From Geosiphon pyriformis uo1 (Eukaryota; Fungi; Glomeromycota), in assembly GCA_016748015.1 (NCBI GenBank), contig JAAOMT010000369.1, forward strand, positions 62,001-126,000: 64,000 bases of DNA, written 5' to 3'. Under the pieces are notes generated by a model. The model ran no database searches. It saw only the letters and a program-made list of their open reading frames with translations, and was not told where the DNA came from. The stretch's first letter is position 1. Each line of letters opens with the position of its first letter. Made by a program: the position numbers and the translations under genes. This document shows positions 12,608-24,988 of this stretch, piece after piece.

Positions 12608-15600
12608 TTATTTTATTTTATTTAATTTAATGAATGAAGTTCAAACACTGCTTAGTGACAATACATCAAAATAATAATTTATACTAGGTGTGAATCATGC
12701 TTTTTCTATACGTAACTAGCCATTCAAGCCAACTAGAACTATACTATACATCTATGTACACAAAAACCAAATTACCTATACCTAAGAAAAACTAACAGGA
12801 ACTGCACAGTCCAAAGCTAATACCAAACACATCATCAATATTAAACAACCTAATTACTCAGACTAAAAGCATTGACATATTACCAAACACTAAGACAGGG
12901 ATTGAATTATCATGAGAAATCAGACCATGTTTCTCCATAAAAGCACAATGCTTAGAGTGGACCAGCCAAATATTGTTTTTAAAAAACAGGCACAAACCAC
13001 AAACAAACTCAATTACTTTACTAGATGCAATCTTAAAGTCCCCAAAGCAGGAAGTGGCCTCCTGGTACCAATTTATAAGCACAAAACCTTTGCACAGTGA
13101 AGCAACCAGCTCCAAATCAGCCAAACAATTGAATAACATTTGTGACACATGAAAGGAGGCATGAAATAGACCAGAAATAGCTTTTCAAGCAGAGACAAAA
13201 TCAACAAACAATTGAAACTGAGCAGCTGCATCAAATACATAAGAGAAAACATGGTCTAATATCTTGACATCACCATAATACAGGCACATCACACTGGGAT
13301 AATGTTTATCATAGAAGTGTTTGCGAATAGCAACAGGCAGTCTATGATGTAAAGCTTTCATAAAATAGAAACAGAAGCCAGCAAAGTGACAACTCATAAA
13401 GTCAGCAGCCATATAGAAGTCAAGATGCCAAACAAAAAACAATTTAAATCAATCAATATCTGTAAGCAGATGACTGTTCACAATTTTGGTGCTAGAGCCT
13501 ACTTTCCAGCATGCATGATAAATAGACTGAAAAATATCATGAACAAAGTGTCTAGAGTTTCCAGAAACAATACTGCCATTAGCCAAAACAAAACATTTCT
13601 TGAGCCAGGAAGGAAAGAGCCAGCCTGAATGGAAAAAAACACCAGCAAGCAAGTCAGCTTTATTATTACCTGAAATATCTGAATGGTCTTTAACCTTATG
13701 CCAGCCAATGTTCAAATTCCTTTTACATATAATGCCAGCAATGTGTTGACACTCAACCCAATATTTGTTTCAAAAATCTGGAACCAACAACAATAATTCA
13801 GATTTATATGCATCCAAAGCAGCTTGGCTGTCAGAAAATAGGCAGACTGAACTCGAACTAGTAACATACTCAAAGGCCAATACAATGACTTGAAGCTCTA
13901 CCAATATAGAAAACACCATACCAGACACCTCCACTCCAAGACCTAAATTAATGTTCTTGAAGAATGCAGCAGTACCAGCTTTCATATCAACACTCCCCAA
14001 GCTACAAAAAAAACCATTCATGTATACAGAAAAGCCAGAAGCACCAATGCCAGACAACTGATCACATACTAATCTAAACTCATGAAATTTAAGAATGTTT
14101 TTTACAACAGCATCATTCAGAGAGGAAGAGCTGGCATCAAGAGAACCAGAATCATGGAGATGCTGAATGGCAGTAACAAATCAGACAGAAACAGGACCAC
14201 ATGAGTCAAGTCTCTTTCACTACTTGAAAGTCTTCCAATCAAAGACAGCACCATTCCAGCACCAAAGCTGCTTAACAAAGGCAATTCTATAATGATAAAG
14301 AAAAGGAAAACACCTGAAATACATCAACTTATTAAGAATCCCAGATAAAGAAGTTCCATTCCAGAATCAAAAAACATTGCACATAAGATTACCCAAAAAT
14401 AAACTAGAGTCAAGAAAGACCCAAACCACATCCACCAAGAAGTTGTTCAAAGAATTAACATTAATACAAACTGGAGAATACAAGGAATGTACTGAACACC
14501 AACTCAAGATCTGTAAGTCATGTAACTTATGCTTAAACAATCGGCCCAAAATTCCAACAAAGTTAACAAAACACATCACAGCAGCAATTTTGCTTTCAGT
14601 CTAGACCTGCTCAAAAGTTTTTAAGCCATAAAATGAAGAGTGGTACAAGACATTGTTAGAAAAGTCCAGGGGCAGACCTGATTTCAGTTTAAGCCCTTCT
14701 GAATTAAAACATCCCACTTTTGGCATACACTAACAGAAATGAAGCTAAACTGGATTCTATAACCAATGATAGGATGAAAAACCACTAAAACCAAATAAGA
14801 GAACTGTTTGTCTAAAATTGCTTTCCTTAGAACAAGATTGACAAAAAACTGAACATCCAAATGCACTTTGGCCAAGTTAGGCTTAGACAATTCATCAAAA
14901 AAAAAATACCTAGATATCAGTAAGACATCTCCTTTTTGATGATGGAAATAAGAACACTACTGACAGATAAAAAAAGAGCCACTACCCTGCAATTAATCAG
15001 GATTACTACAGTTTTGTCATTGTTGATTGAGATGTCATTTATTCTAAAAAATTTACTGGCAACATTGAGAATGTGTTGTATAGCTGTCTAACTAGAACCA
15101 ACTCATATAGTATTACCGACAAATGCACCTGTAGCAAGAAAAGAGGTCAAACTATTCTGGGGATCTATACAACCAGTTTTGGCAACATAATACGAATTCA
15201 GTCTATAACCACACACTGCCTTTTGTCTCTTTATCTCACACAACAAAGTGTTATAAAAAATACACTAAAAAAGAGATGAAAACACTTTTCCCTAATTCAA
15301 GCCATTATGAACACTATAACCATCAGTCAACTCGAAATCAGTCATTACTCTGTTTATGCAGCCATTGTGAATACTCCTAAAAAATTTTATGAATCTACTG
15401 CACATTTTGATTCTGACCAAACTTCTTCTCAGATGTTTTCAACCAATTAAATTATATGCTTTTCTCATGTCTTGCAAAACTAACCAAAGTTCACAATTCT
15501 TCTCTAATGCATCCTTGACCACCAAATCAATAGCAAAAATAGGAGACTGTGTTGTTGTACCTTTAAAAACCAAGAAGTTGTTACTATAAAGAATGTCATA

Positions 15601-17301
15601 CTTACTATATGCCATAAAGATCCTGTTAAAGAGAATCTTAAAGAGAATTTTATAAGCAGTCTCAATTAGTACAATAGGTCAGGTATTTGTAAAAACTCTC
15701 TTCTAGTCATAAGATTTAGAAATCATAAACACTCAGGCCTCTTTTCAAGAACCTGGAACAGATTCACAGATTAAACAAGAGTTCAAAAACACCAAAAACA
15801 AATTCAGAACAGATCTGTCACAATGTTTCCATAGCTTATTTGTAATATCAGAAAGACTAGCAGCTTTATTATCAGACAAATTCAAAACCACATTAAAAAA
15901 TTCATCCACCTCAATTGGGTGCATAACATTTGAGAAGGCATCATTAAAAACATACTCCAAGAGTTGAAATTGGTGAAATCATTTATCCAAAATGTTATTA
16001 ACTATTATATACTTCCTGGTCCAGCTCTTCATAATTCTATTGACATGAAATTTAACCAAACCAGATTCCAAAATAAGGTCCTTATTCACAACTAGGTAAT
16101 CCAATGTAACTTTTTGAAATGGTCACTCAAGGACATTCTTAATAGTTTGGCCCTTATTCAACTCAAAGTTTTCCATCCTTTTGTCAATTGCCAGCCTGAT
16201 TTGAGAGTCTTTAACATGTTTCAATTCTATCATTTTAAGGGAACAATAAAACTTTCTAACCTTTGCCAATATTGATCTAATAGCATCAAAATAAGATTCC
16301 AAAAGAAAAAGTGATTTGATAGTAAAAGCATTAACAGAATTCAAAGACACCCAAACATCTAAAAGAGAGACAAACTCATCAAATGACACAGAACATGAGG
16401 TTTTTACTAACTTAGAAACCAAAAGTTCTAATCTATGATAATGAGAAGAACACTTGGTAAACAAATGGCTTTGTGAACAACACTCCACATGTCATTCAAA
16501 TCAAATGAATAATGAAAATCTGCGAACTTATCAAAAAACATGGCAAAATTATCATAAGATGCAGTTCTATACCACTTCCATTTAATCCTGTCAGCATTTT
16601 TGACATTAAATTTCCACTTGTCTTTATTGGCTTGAACATGAATAGCCCTCAAGACAGGATTTAAAATTCCACAAGACCAACTGTAATTTGAACAGAACTA
16701 TGATTAGTGCTGAAGAACTCATCCACATTCAGAACTTGTCTATTTACTAAAGCATTACTCAAACTTTGTGAAACAAAAATTTAATCAATAGTCCTCTTAA
16801 CATCTCTGAAATTCCTCCAAATAGAAGCCTTAATGTAAAAACTATTAATTAATGTATTGACTAGACCTAGATCCACATACTTACTAAAGCTAAAGCTACA
16901 TTTGTTTTCATCCTCATTGAAATCACCACCTAATATAACAAAAGTACTCTCATTACAAGCCTAAGCTATAAAGAAATTAATGAGACCAGCCTGAATTACA
17001 TGTCTATCCAGAGAAATCTCTGCATATAAACCCAACACAGAAACAGATTGTTTGTTTTTGAAAAGCAAATGGACCATCAAAAGTCTATCTGAAATCTCAG
17101 AAATTTTTGAAACATGTTTGGCTAAATTTTCATTTATGATCAAAGTGATGTTCACACCTAAAAATCCAGCATTCAGACCTAAAGTAAACACCTTTACATC
17201 AGGAAACTTATTCACAATCCAAGGCTTTACACTAGAGCAAAGCTTAGTCTTAGTGACTATAGAAATATTATTATTCGAAACCATATATCATTTAATAATG
17301 T

Positions 17302-17954
17302 TGTTACAGGTTGGAGTAACAAGCTAATAGATAGCAAAAGAGAACAGGATTGTAGGGTGATGGAAATAATCAAAGAGAATTCAACTTTAAAGAGCGAATT
17401 GAATGAGTATAGATTCAATGTGCGAGATCAATCTCATAAAATATCTCAGTCACTATTCTTTTTAAAGGTAACTGGGGAATCTGAAGGTAGAGGGATAGTC
17501 TGTACTATCAACAATTGATCACCACTGATATAATTCTATGCCTTATGTTGGCACTCTTAGAATTCAATATCAGATATCAACTTGTGCTTTTCAGTCACGT
17601 TTATTCAAATAATTTTCAAATGCTACAATTATATACATCAAAAAAAGACCAACAAGTAATTTTTTATTTTTAAGATATTCAGATACTTGAAGGTAAGAAA
17701 AGAGAAATTAGCAATAAGAGAAGAATTGAGATGAAAGTTGTTATTTTTATTTATTTTTGATTATTCAGATGCTTGTTATTACATGCTTTTCTACAGCTAA
17801 GAGATTCATTGCTTATATAGCTATCAAAAGTGGTCAATAATTAGGTCAATGATCAGGTCAATGATCACTTTCTAAAAATAGTATGGCTAATCATATGACA
17901 TCAATGGCTAATACATGTGATAATTAATAAGAAGTATAGGTCTCAACCATAACA
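17302..17954 (-). repeat. Gypsy 3' LTR (653 bp)
   Basis: TGTTACAGG...CCATAACA, direct repeat of 24287-24988. Polypurine tract GGAGAAGATGA on the minus strand at ~17955-17965. Confidence 0.93.
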
Positions 17955-18640
17955 TCATCTTCTCCAAAGAGATTAAGCTCTGGCGAAATTAAACTATTTA
18001 GGAGATACTCTATTTGAAGGGTTTTATCTAACTCAAAACTAACTAGTTTGTTGAAGTCTTTTGTGGATAAGGTATATAAAACTTGAGACAAAATGAGCTT
18101 TGTGTCTAAGAGACCAAATCTTTGTATAAGAGTTTTGGCTCTTCTTGCAATGGTCAAAACTCTTGGGACATTTAATCATACAATGTCCAAAATTTCCACT
18201 TGTATCTCAGAAGTTGTTTTCTTCATAAGCTTCATGTCTTCTATGATTTTACCAAGGCGACCATAGAGTTTTAGTTGTCTTCTATATGACAAGTTTTGTT
18301 TATGGGCAAGATTTCTTTAATTGTTTTTCCAATTGTGATGGAAGATGCAAGTATTGCTGCTGTTATACTTTTCAGTAAATACTTATCCATTTTGCTACCA
18401 ATTCTTTCTTTTCTGGTAGTTGTTTTCTTTGGTCTGATAACAGTATGTGTTCCACTGTTGTCAGTTATTGTAGTTTGTTTTCCAATGATCAGAGTAGCAT
18501 TTGGATAGTTTTTAATCCAATACTTATGAAGAGTATAGAAAGTGTTTTGAATGTTTTGATCCAGAAAATAATTGTTTATGTCGATTGAAAATACCTCTGT
18601 TTTGGGAGTGGTGCATTTATTTATATCTGATTTTTGCTAA
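17924..18640 (-). pseudogene. Gypsy extra ORF3 (~230 aa, unknown function), running through the PPT into the 3' LTR
   Basis: Reconstructed with one frameshift and one stop. A homologous frame exists in the second copy (ORF 56711-57076). Confidence 0.65.
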
Positions 18641-21600
18641 TCATTTGGATTAGTATTACCACAACAGATAACCAATCAGATCGTTTGTGATATTTCTTGA
18701 GTCGCATGCCATAAGTAGAATAATTATTAAAGATTGTTCCAGATTAATCTTAAAGAATATAAGAATCATTGTTTAAAACTTTGTTGACTATAAAGGATCC
18801 TTTCCATTGGCTAGAAAATTTATCATCATAAACATTGTCTCTGTTTGAACTGTATTCTAATACCAAGTTACCAACACTTAAAGAAAGTGTTTTATAGGTT
18901 TTCTTTTTTTTAAGCTTTTCTTGAAACTGTTTTATTTTTTTAAAAGCAACTATTTGTGCTTCTACCAATGAGTCAAAAATGGTACCAAGTTTTCTTTGCA
19001 AAATGTCTTTGTAATTTGCTATTGTGATCTCTTCAAAGGGTATTGTCTCAATGTCAGTTTCTATTGGTAGTGTTGCCATGTGTTCATAGAGCAGATAAAA
19101 AGGTTCATAACTTGTTATGTCATGATTCACAGTTCTATAAGCAAACAAAACTGAAGACAGTACTTTGTCCCATAAGTTTGTTTCTTCACTTGTTTTGACT
19201 AGAGTTTCACATAGTGTTCTATTAAAACGTTCTACTAGGCCATTGGTTTGGGGGTAATAAAGGGAGAAAAGTTTGTAACATATTCCCATTTTTCTACAAA
19301 GTTTTTTAACCAGTGTACTGAAAAAAGCTTTTCCTCTATCAGATAAAAGTTCTCTGGGGTAGCCATGACAGCAGATGATATCTTCATAAATGAAATTGGC
19401 TATTGAGACTGCTGTTTAGTCTGAAGTGGCTCTTGCTTCTACCCACTTTGTAAGATAGTTGATAGGTGTGATAATGTATCTGTTGTCATTAGGAGTTATT
19501 GTTAAGGGTCCAACAATATCTATACCAATCCTGTCAAATGGTTGGCCAACAGAAATTGAATAGATATCTTCTTTTCTATTGGGTTTTCTTTTTCTTTGGC
19601 AGGTATCACAGGTTTTAATGTACTCAGCAATGTCTTTTCCCAAGATAGACTAATAATAGCAAGCTAGAGTTTTCTGAATTGTTTTAGTCTTTCCAAAATG
19701 TCCAACTAATGGATCAGTGTGCATGTTATAGATCACAATTTTTCTTTCTTCAAATCTTATGACTCTCTGGGAGCAGTCAGGATCTTTTCTGTTTCTTTTG
19801 TATAATTGGTTCTGGCAGATCAAATAGAAATTTGATTGTTTGTGCAAATGTTCTCTTTGCTGTTGATTATATTTCAGTGAGTATTGTCTTTTACCCAAAA
19901 ATTCCATTAAGGCAGAGTAGTTGTCCAAGTCCATTATCATGTTTGGTTGTGAGAGAATTATTAATAATTAGGTTGGTTTGGTTTGAGGTAGTTGTACTGT
20001 CACTGGATGGTAAGTCTAAAGAAAGTGTTGGTGTTTTGATGATGTGCTCCTTTGCGATGTTGAATGTCATAGTCAAATTCGTCCAAGTAGAGTATCCAGC
20101 GAGTTATTCTTTTATGTTCCAGCTTCTTTTTGTTGTGTAACCAAACCAAAGCTTGGTGATCTGTTACCACCAAAAATTTTACCCCTAGGAGATACTTATC
20201 TCAGTAACTAGTAGCCCAGACTACTGCTAAGCATTCCTGCTTAGTAACTGAATAGTTCTGTTTTGCTGGTGTAAGGGTTCTATTGGTATATGCTATTGCA
20301 TGTTCTCTGCCATCTTCATCTTTTTGTAACAGGACAATACCAAGTCCATAACCAGATGTATTAGTATAAAGAATAAAAGGTTGATCCAGATCAGATTGCT
20401 TGAAAATAGGTTCTGTAACCAATTTTTCTTTGAGAGTTTCAAATGCTTTCTGCTGATGTGTATTCCAGTAGTAATTGACATTTTTCCTAAGTAGCTGATT
20501 AAATGGAGAGGCGATTTTGGAAAAATTCTTAACAAATTTTCAATAATAAAAAGCCAAACCAAGGAAAGAGTGCAGTTTATGAACATTCATTGGTTGTCTA
20601 ATGTTCTGGACTTTTTTAACTTTGGCTGGATCAGGAAAGATTCCATCCTTTGTAATAAGATGGCCAAGAAATTGGGTTGATTGCTGTCTAAAGAAAGATT
20701 TGATTGGGTTTATCTTAAGGCCAGCATTTCTAAGAAGGTCAAAAACTTTTTGCAAATGTTCAAGATATTCATCCCAAGTTTTTGAGTATACCATTATGTC
20801 ATCTAAATAAACCAAAACAAAATTTTTTTTCACTGATTCAAATACTTTGTCCATTAAGTGTTGAAAGGTGGGAGGAGCATTGATGAGACCAAAAGGCATG
20901 ACTGTGAATTCATAGGTGCCATACTTGGTTATGAAGGTGGTTTTCTTCCGACTTTCTGAATCCATTTTTATTTGCCAAAATCCAGCAGTTAGATCAATGG
21001 TTGAAAAGAAAGCAGCACCCTTGAATTAATTTAGCATTGCATCAATTTTAGGAAGTGGATACATGTCTCTTTTAGTGATAACATTTAATTGATAATAATT
21101 GACACAAAAATGCAAGATTCTATCTTTCTTAGATACTACTACAACTGAGAAAGCCCATTCACTTTTGGTTTCTTGTATGAATCCAAGATCTTTTATTCAT
21201 TTTATTTTTTTCTTGATAAACTCATCATTGTGGGAATTGGATTAATATGGCTTTAAATAGATGGAATGAGTTTTTCTGATGGTGATAGTGTGTTGTATTA
21301 CATAAGTTTGTCCAAGAGTATTATCTTCTTTTGAGATAACTGGGCTGTTTCTAGCCAACAGATTTTCAATGTCTATTTTTCTTTCTTCTGGAGAGAGTTC
21401 TCTTTGTTCTACAACTAGTGATTGGATCTCAAGTGGTTCATTTTCAAAGGACTTTTGGACTTCTTTTAATTCTTTTCTAGATATTAAACTAATTGGTTCC
21501 CAATTTTTGTAATAGATCAGGCATGATTTGTATTCATCACTTGGAGAATACAAGGGTTAGTTGCACCAGCACTGGGCACAAGGACCATGCCACCAATAAC

Positions 21601-24234
21601 AGTACTTGGCTTTCTTGCCAGGTTTTTGGTCAAAGGTTCTTCTAAAAATATCATAATAGGGCCAGCAGATTAGCTTGTCATTTACAATAATTCCTTTTTT
21701 GTTAGCTTTGACATTGTCCAATGGCTTGCCATTGCTGATGAAGATAGTGTATGCAAGTTCAGTGGTTTCTTCTTGTTCTTCTTGTTCTTTTTCTTCATCA
21801 CTCTCTTTATTATCTGATTCATCTGATTGTTCTTCTTTTTGATCCTGTTTGTTTGCTGGGGGAGTTGTCCAATGGCAGCATTTAACCACTATGAGCTTCT
21901 TACCACATTTGATGGTTAATTTACACAGTTCATAGTCAAGTAAGGCTTTTGCTTTCTTGAGCCACTTATTGCTAACAATGATAGTGTATTTCTTTGCTTC
22001 AGAAACTTCCATATCAGTTTCAATACTGATGCCATTGATGTGAACAGGAATAGTTTTGGCAATGCCCAGACTTTTATTTTTGTTACCATGTACATTGGTC
22101 ATTGGTCAAGTGGAAGGCTCATCAATTTTTCTGCCAATTGCTTCAAAGAAGTGTTTGGCAATTACACTAACAGATGATCCACTGTCTAGGATCAAGTCAA
22201 TAAAGTAACCAACCACTTGTGCTTTGCAAATTAAAGGAGTAATGTTGCTGTTGTCAGCAAGTCCAGCTTGATAAGAGTGTTTGTTGGTTTTTGGTATTTT
22301 CTTCTTGGGAATCAGAGATTTGCAGAGATTTTTTTTAAACTGTGGATGAGTCATCAGCTGGCCAAAGATAATATGTACTGGGGTTTCCATGAGATTTTTA
22401 ACAACAGAATAAGGTCCAGATTTTTGTACTATTTCTGAGGGTTTTAGCTTTGAAGAATTCTTAAAAACTTTAGCCTTTGGTGGCTCATTATTATTAGCAG
22501 TTGATGTGGATGGTTTGTTTGGATCCAAAACGAAATCAACCTTGGCTTTCTTCTTCTTTTTTGTTAATTCTGTGGTGTTAATTGCTAGTTCATCTATGTT
22601 ATGATCATCATCAGTTAAGTTAAAGGTGTAAAAGGAGTTTTCTTCTGGTTGGCTTGCACTCTCACCCTTTGGAAGTGCACCTACCAGTTTAAAGACTGAT
22701 AAACAGTGGCTTTAACTAGAGGATTCTTTCCAAAGAAATTGATGTTGGCATGGTTGGGTCTTTGATTGAGAGCATTATTGTTGATGGATCTATTGTTTTG
22801 ATTGTCATTATTTCTGAGGGCTGGAGGAGGTAAAGGAGGATTGTTGCAATTTCTTGAGAAATGTCCAGTTAATCCACATCTATAACATACAGGAGGACCA
22901 CAATTTTGTTGTTTTTGATAAGAAAATTGCTGGGGCTAATTAAAACATGATTCATATTTGGGTCTTTGTGGTTGTTGGTTATCTCTAACTGCTTGTGCCA
23001 AAGGTTCTAATAACCAGACAAAATTGGCTGTGAGTCTATCAATTAATTGTTTATTTGGATCTTGAGTTTGGGCAGCAAAAGAGGCAGCAGCCATTTGAGG
23101 AGCAGGAGCCATAACAAGAGCAGAAGCAAAAACTGAAAATATAGATCCCAAATATATTCTTTGGTTGTCTTTAATTTATTGGGCAAGTTTAATGGCCATG
23201 TCCATTGTAGGATTGTTTTTTAGGGCCAAAAGAGACCAAAGAGCATAAGATAAATCAGTTCTCAATCCTTTTGTGAAGGAATAAATCTTTTGCTCTTCTG
23301 TCCAATTTTTTCTAGAGTCTACATGCTTGATTAACTTTCTGATTGCTTTAGCATATTCAGTTACAATTTCACCAGGGTCTTGAGTTCTTCTTTCTAATTC
23401 CATATGCCACTTGGATATTAAGATTGGGGTTCTGAACTTGTTTTCAAACTGGGTTGTAAAAGAAGTGTTGTTTTCTTCAGCATTTGCTAACATCCATCTA
23501 ATGATTTTTTGATGGACATTAGCATCAGTTTCCTGTGAGAACCAGATAGCAAAAGAGCCTTGGAGGTAGCCACCAACAATTTGAAACTTGTACTTATTAT
23601 CATATTGGTTGGCTGTAGCAGTTCTTTCAAAGTTATTTAACCATTCAATTGGATCTTGTGCATCACTTCTGAATAATGATAATGGAGTGTTGTTTCTTTG
23701 TCCCAAAGCAGTTTGTATACCTTGGAGGGCAGCCAAGATGTTTGCTTGCATTGAATCTTGGGCCATTGGTTCAGGAGTTACTGTTTGTGTAGAGTGTTCT
23801 GATTCATTTGAGAAAATATCAAAAATAGGGGCAGTTTGGTAACTTTTTTCTTCTGTTTCAAAGGGGTTTTCAGCTAGTTGGTAAGCAGCAATCCAAATAT
23901 GGATTTGGTGATTCAGATATTCAAAATCAGGAGGCTGTTGTTTAAAGGTTGTGGAGTATAAAAGCTGATTGATACTGGTATTTTTTTCTTCAAAATTGTC
24001 TTCAAAATAAGCTTGATCAAAGTAATAGATAGTATAAGCTGTGTAGGTTTCAGCTGAATGCTCGTTCAGGAACCAGTTCCAAAAGTCTTGGAATTGTCTA
24101 CTGGATTGTTTTTCAACAGGGAAACAAATCAAGCAGAAGGGCAGATAATTGAGTTCAATAAACTCTAAGTCATTTCTGTTGTGTGCTCCAAAGTGTTCTT
24201 CTGATTGTTGTGGCAAGTATGAATAATCACCCAT
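18621..24234 (-). pseudogene. Gypsy gag-pol polyprotein, disrupted
   Basis: Gag DPIEWL...WHMELERRTQ..GE.V.EY; knuckle CYRCGLTGHFSRNC; protease LILDSGSSVS; RT MPFGL and YLDD; RNase H ECLAVVWA and TDHQAL; integrase H..H..CDTC, IDIVGP, VERFNRTL. Confidence 0.92.
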
Positions 24235-24263
24235 ACAATGAGGAAATAAGTAAATTTTGACAA

Positions 24264-24280
24264 CCTCACAGAGAGCACCA
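24264..24280 (-). promoter_or_regulatory. Primer-binding site TGGTGCTCTCTGTGAGG
   Basis: Starts with TGG 6 nt inside the 5' LTR and is complementary to a tRNA 3' end (CCTCACAGAGAGCACCA). Confidence 0.75.
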
Positions 24281-24286
24281 TTTTTA

Positions 24287-24988
24287 TGTTACAGGTTGGA
24301 GTAACAAGCTAACAGATAGCAAGAGAAAACAGGATTGTAGGGTAATGGAAATAATCAAAGAGGAATTCAACTTTAAAGAGCAAATTGAATGAGTATAGAT
24401 TCAATGTACAAGATCAGTCTTATAAAATATCTCAGTTGCTATTCTTTTCAAAGGTAACTGGAGAATCTGAAAGTAGAGAGATAGTCCATACTGTCAACAA
24501 TTGATCACCACTGGTATAATTCTATGCCTCACGTCAGTGCTCTTAGAATTCAATATCAGGTATTAACTTGTGCTTTTCAGTCACGTTTATTCAAATAATT
24601 TTCAAATACTACAATTATATACATCAGAAAAAGGCCAACAAGTAATCTTTTATCTTTAAGATGTTCAGATACTTGAAGGTAAGGAAAAGGAAATTAGTAA
24701 TAAGAAAAGTATTGAGATGAAAGTTGTTATTTTTATTTATTTTTGATTATTCAGATGCTTGTTATTACATGCTTTTCTACAGCTAAGAGATTCATTGCTT
24801 ATATAGCTATCAAAAGTGGTCAATGATCAGGTTATTGATTAGGTCATTGATCAGATCAATGGTCAGGTCAATGGTCAGGTCATTAATCAGGTCAATGATC
24901 ACTTTCTAAAAATAGTATGGCTAATCATATAACATCAGTGGCTAATACATATGATAATTAATAAGAAGTATAGGTTTCAACCATAACA
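24287..24988 (-). repeat. Gypsy 5' LTR (702 bp) with about 7 copies of a 12-bp unit (TCAGGTCAATGA)
   Basis: Direct repeat of 17302-17954. Longer because of extra 12-mer units at ~24818-24900. Confidence 0.93.

Larger units (their letters stand above)
17302..24988 (-). mobile_element. Complete Ty3/Gypsy LTR retrotransposon (decayed)
   Basis: Two LTRs bounded by TG..CA. TSD ATGT at 17298-17301 and 24989-24992. Domain order gag-PR-RT-RH-IN. Confidence 0.95.

Noticed and set aside
18296-18508. Hydrophobic plus-strand ORF (also 56994-57206) as an env or membrane protein
   Set aside because: It is the antisense shadow of the A-rich ORF3. T-rich codons give spurious hydrophobicity, and the starts are non-ATG.
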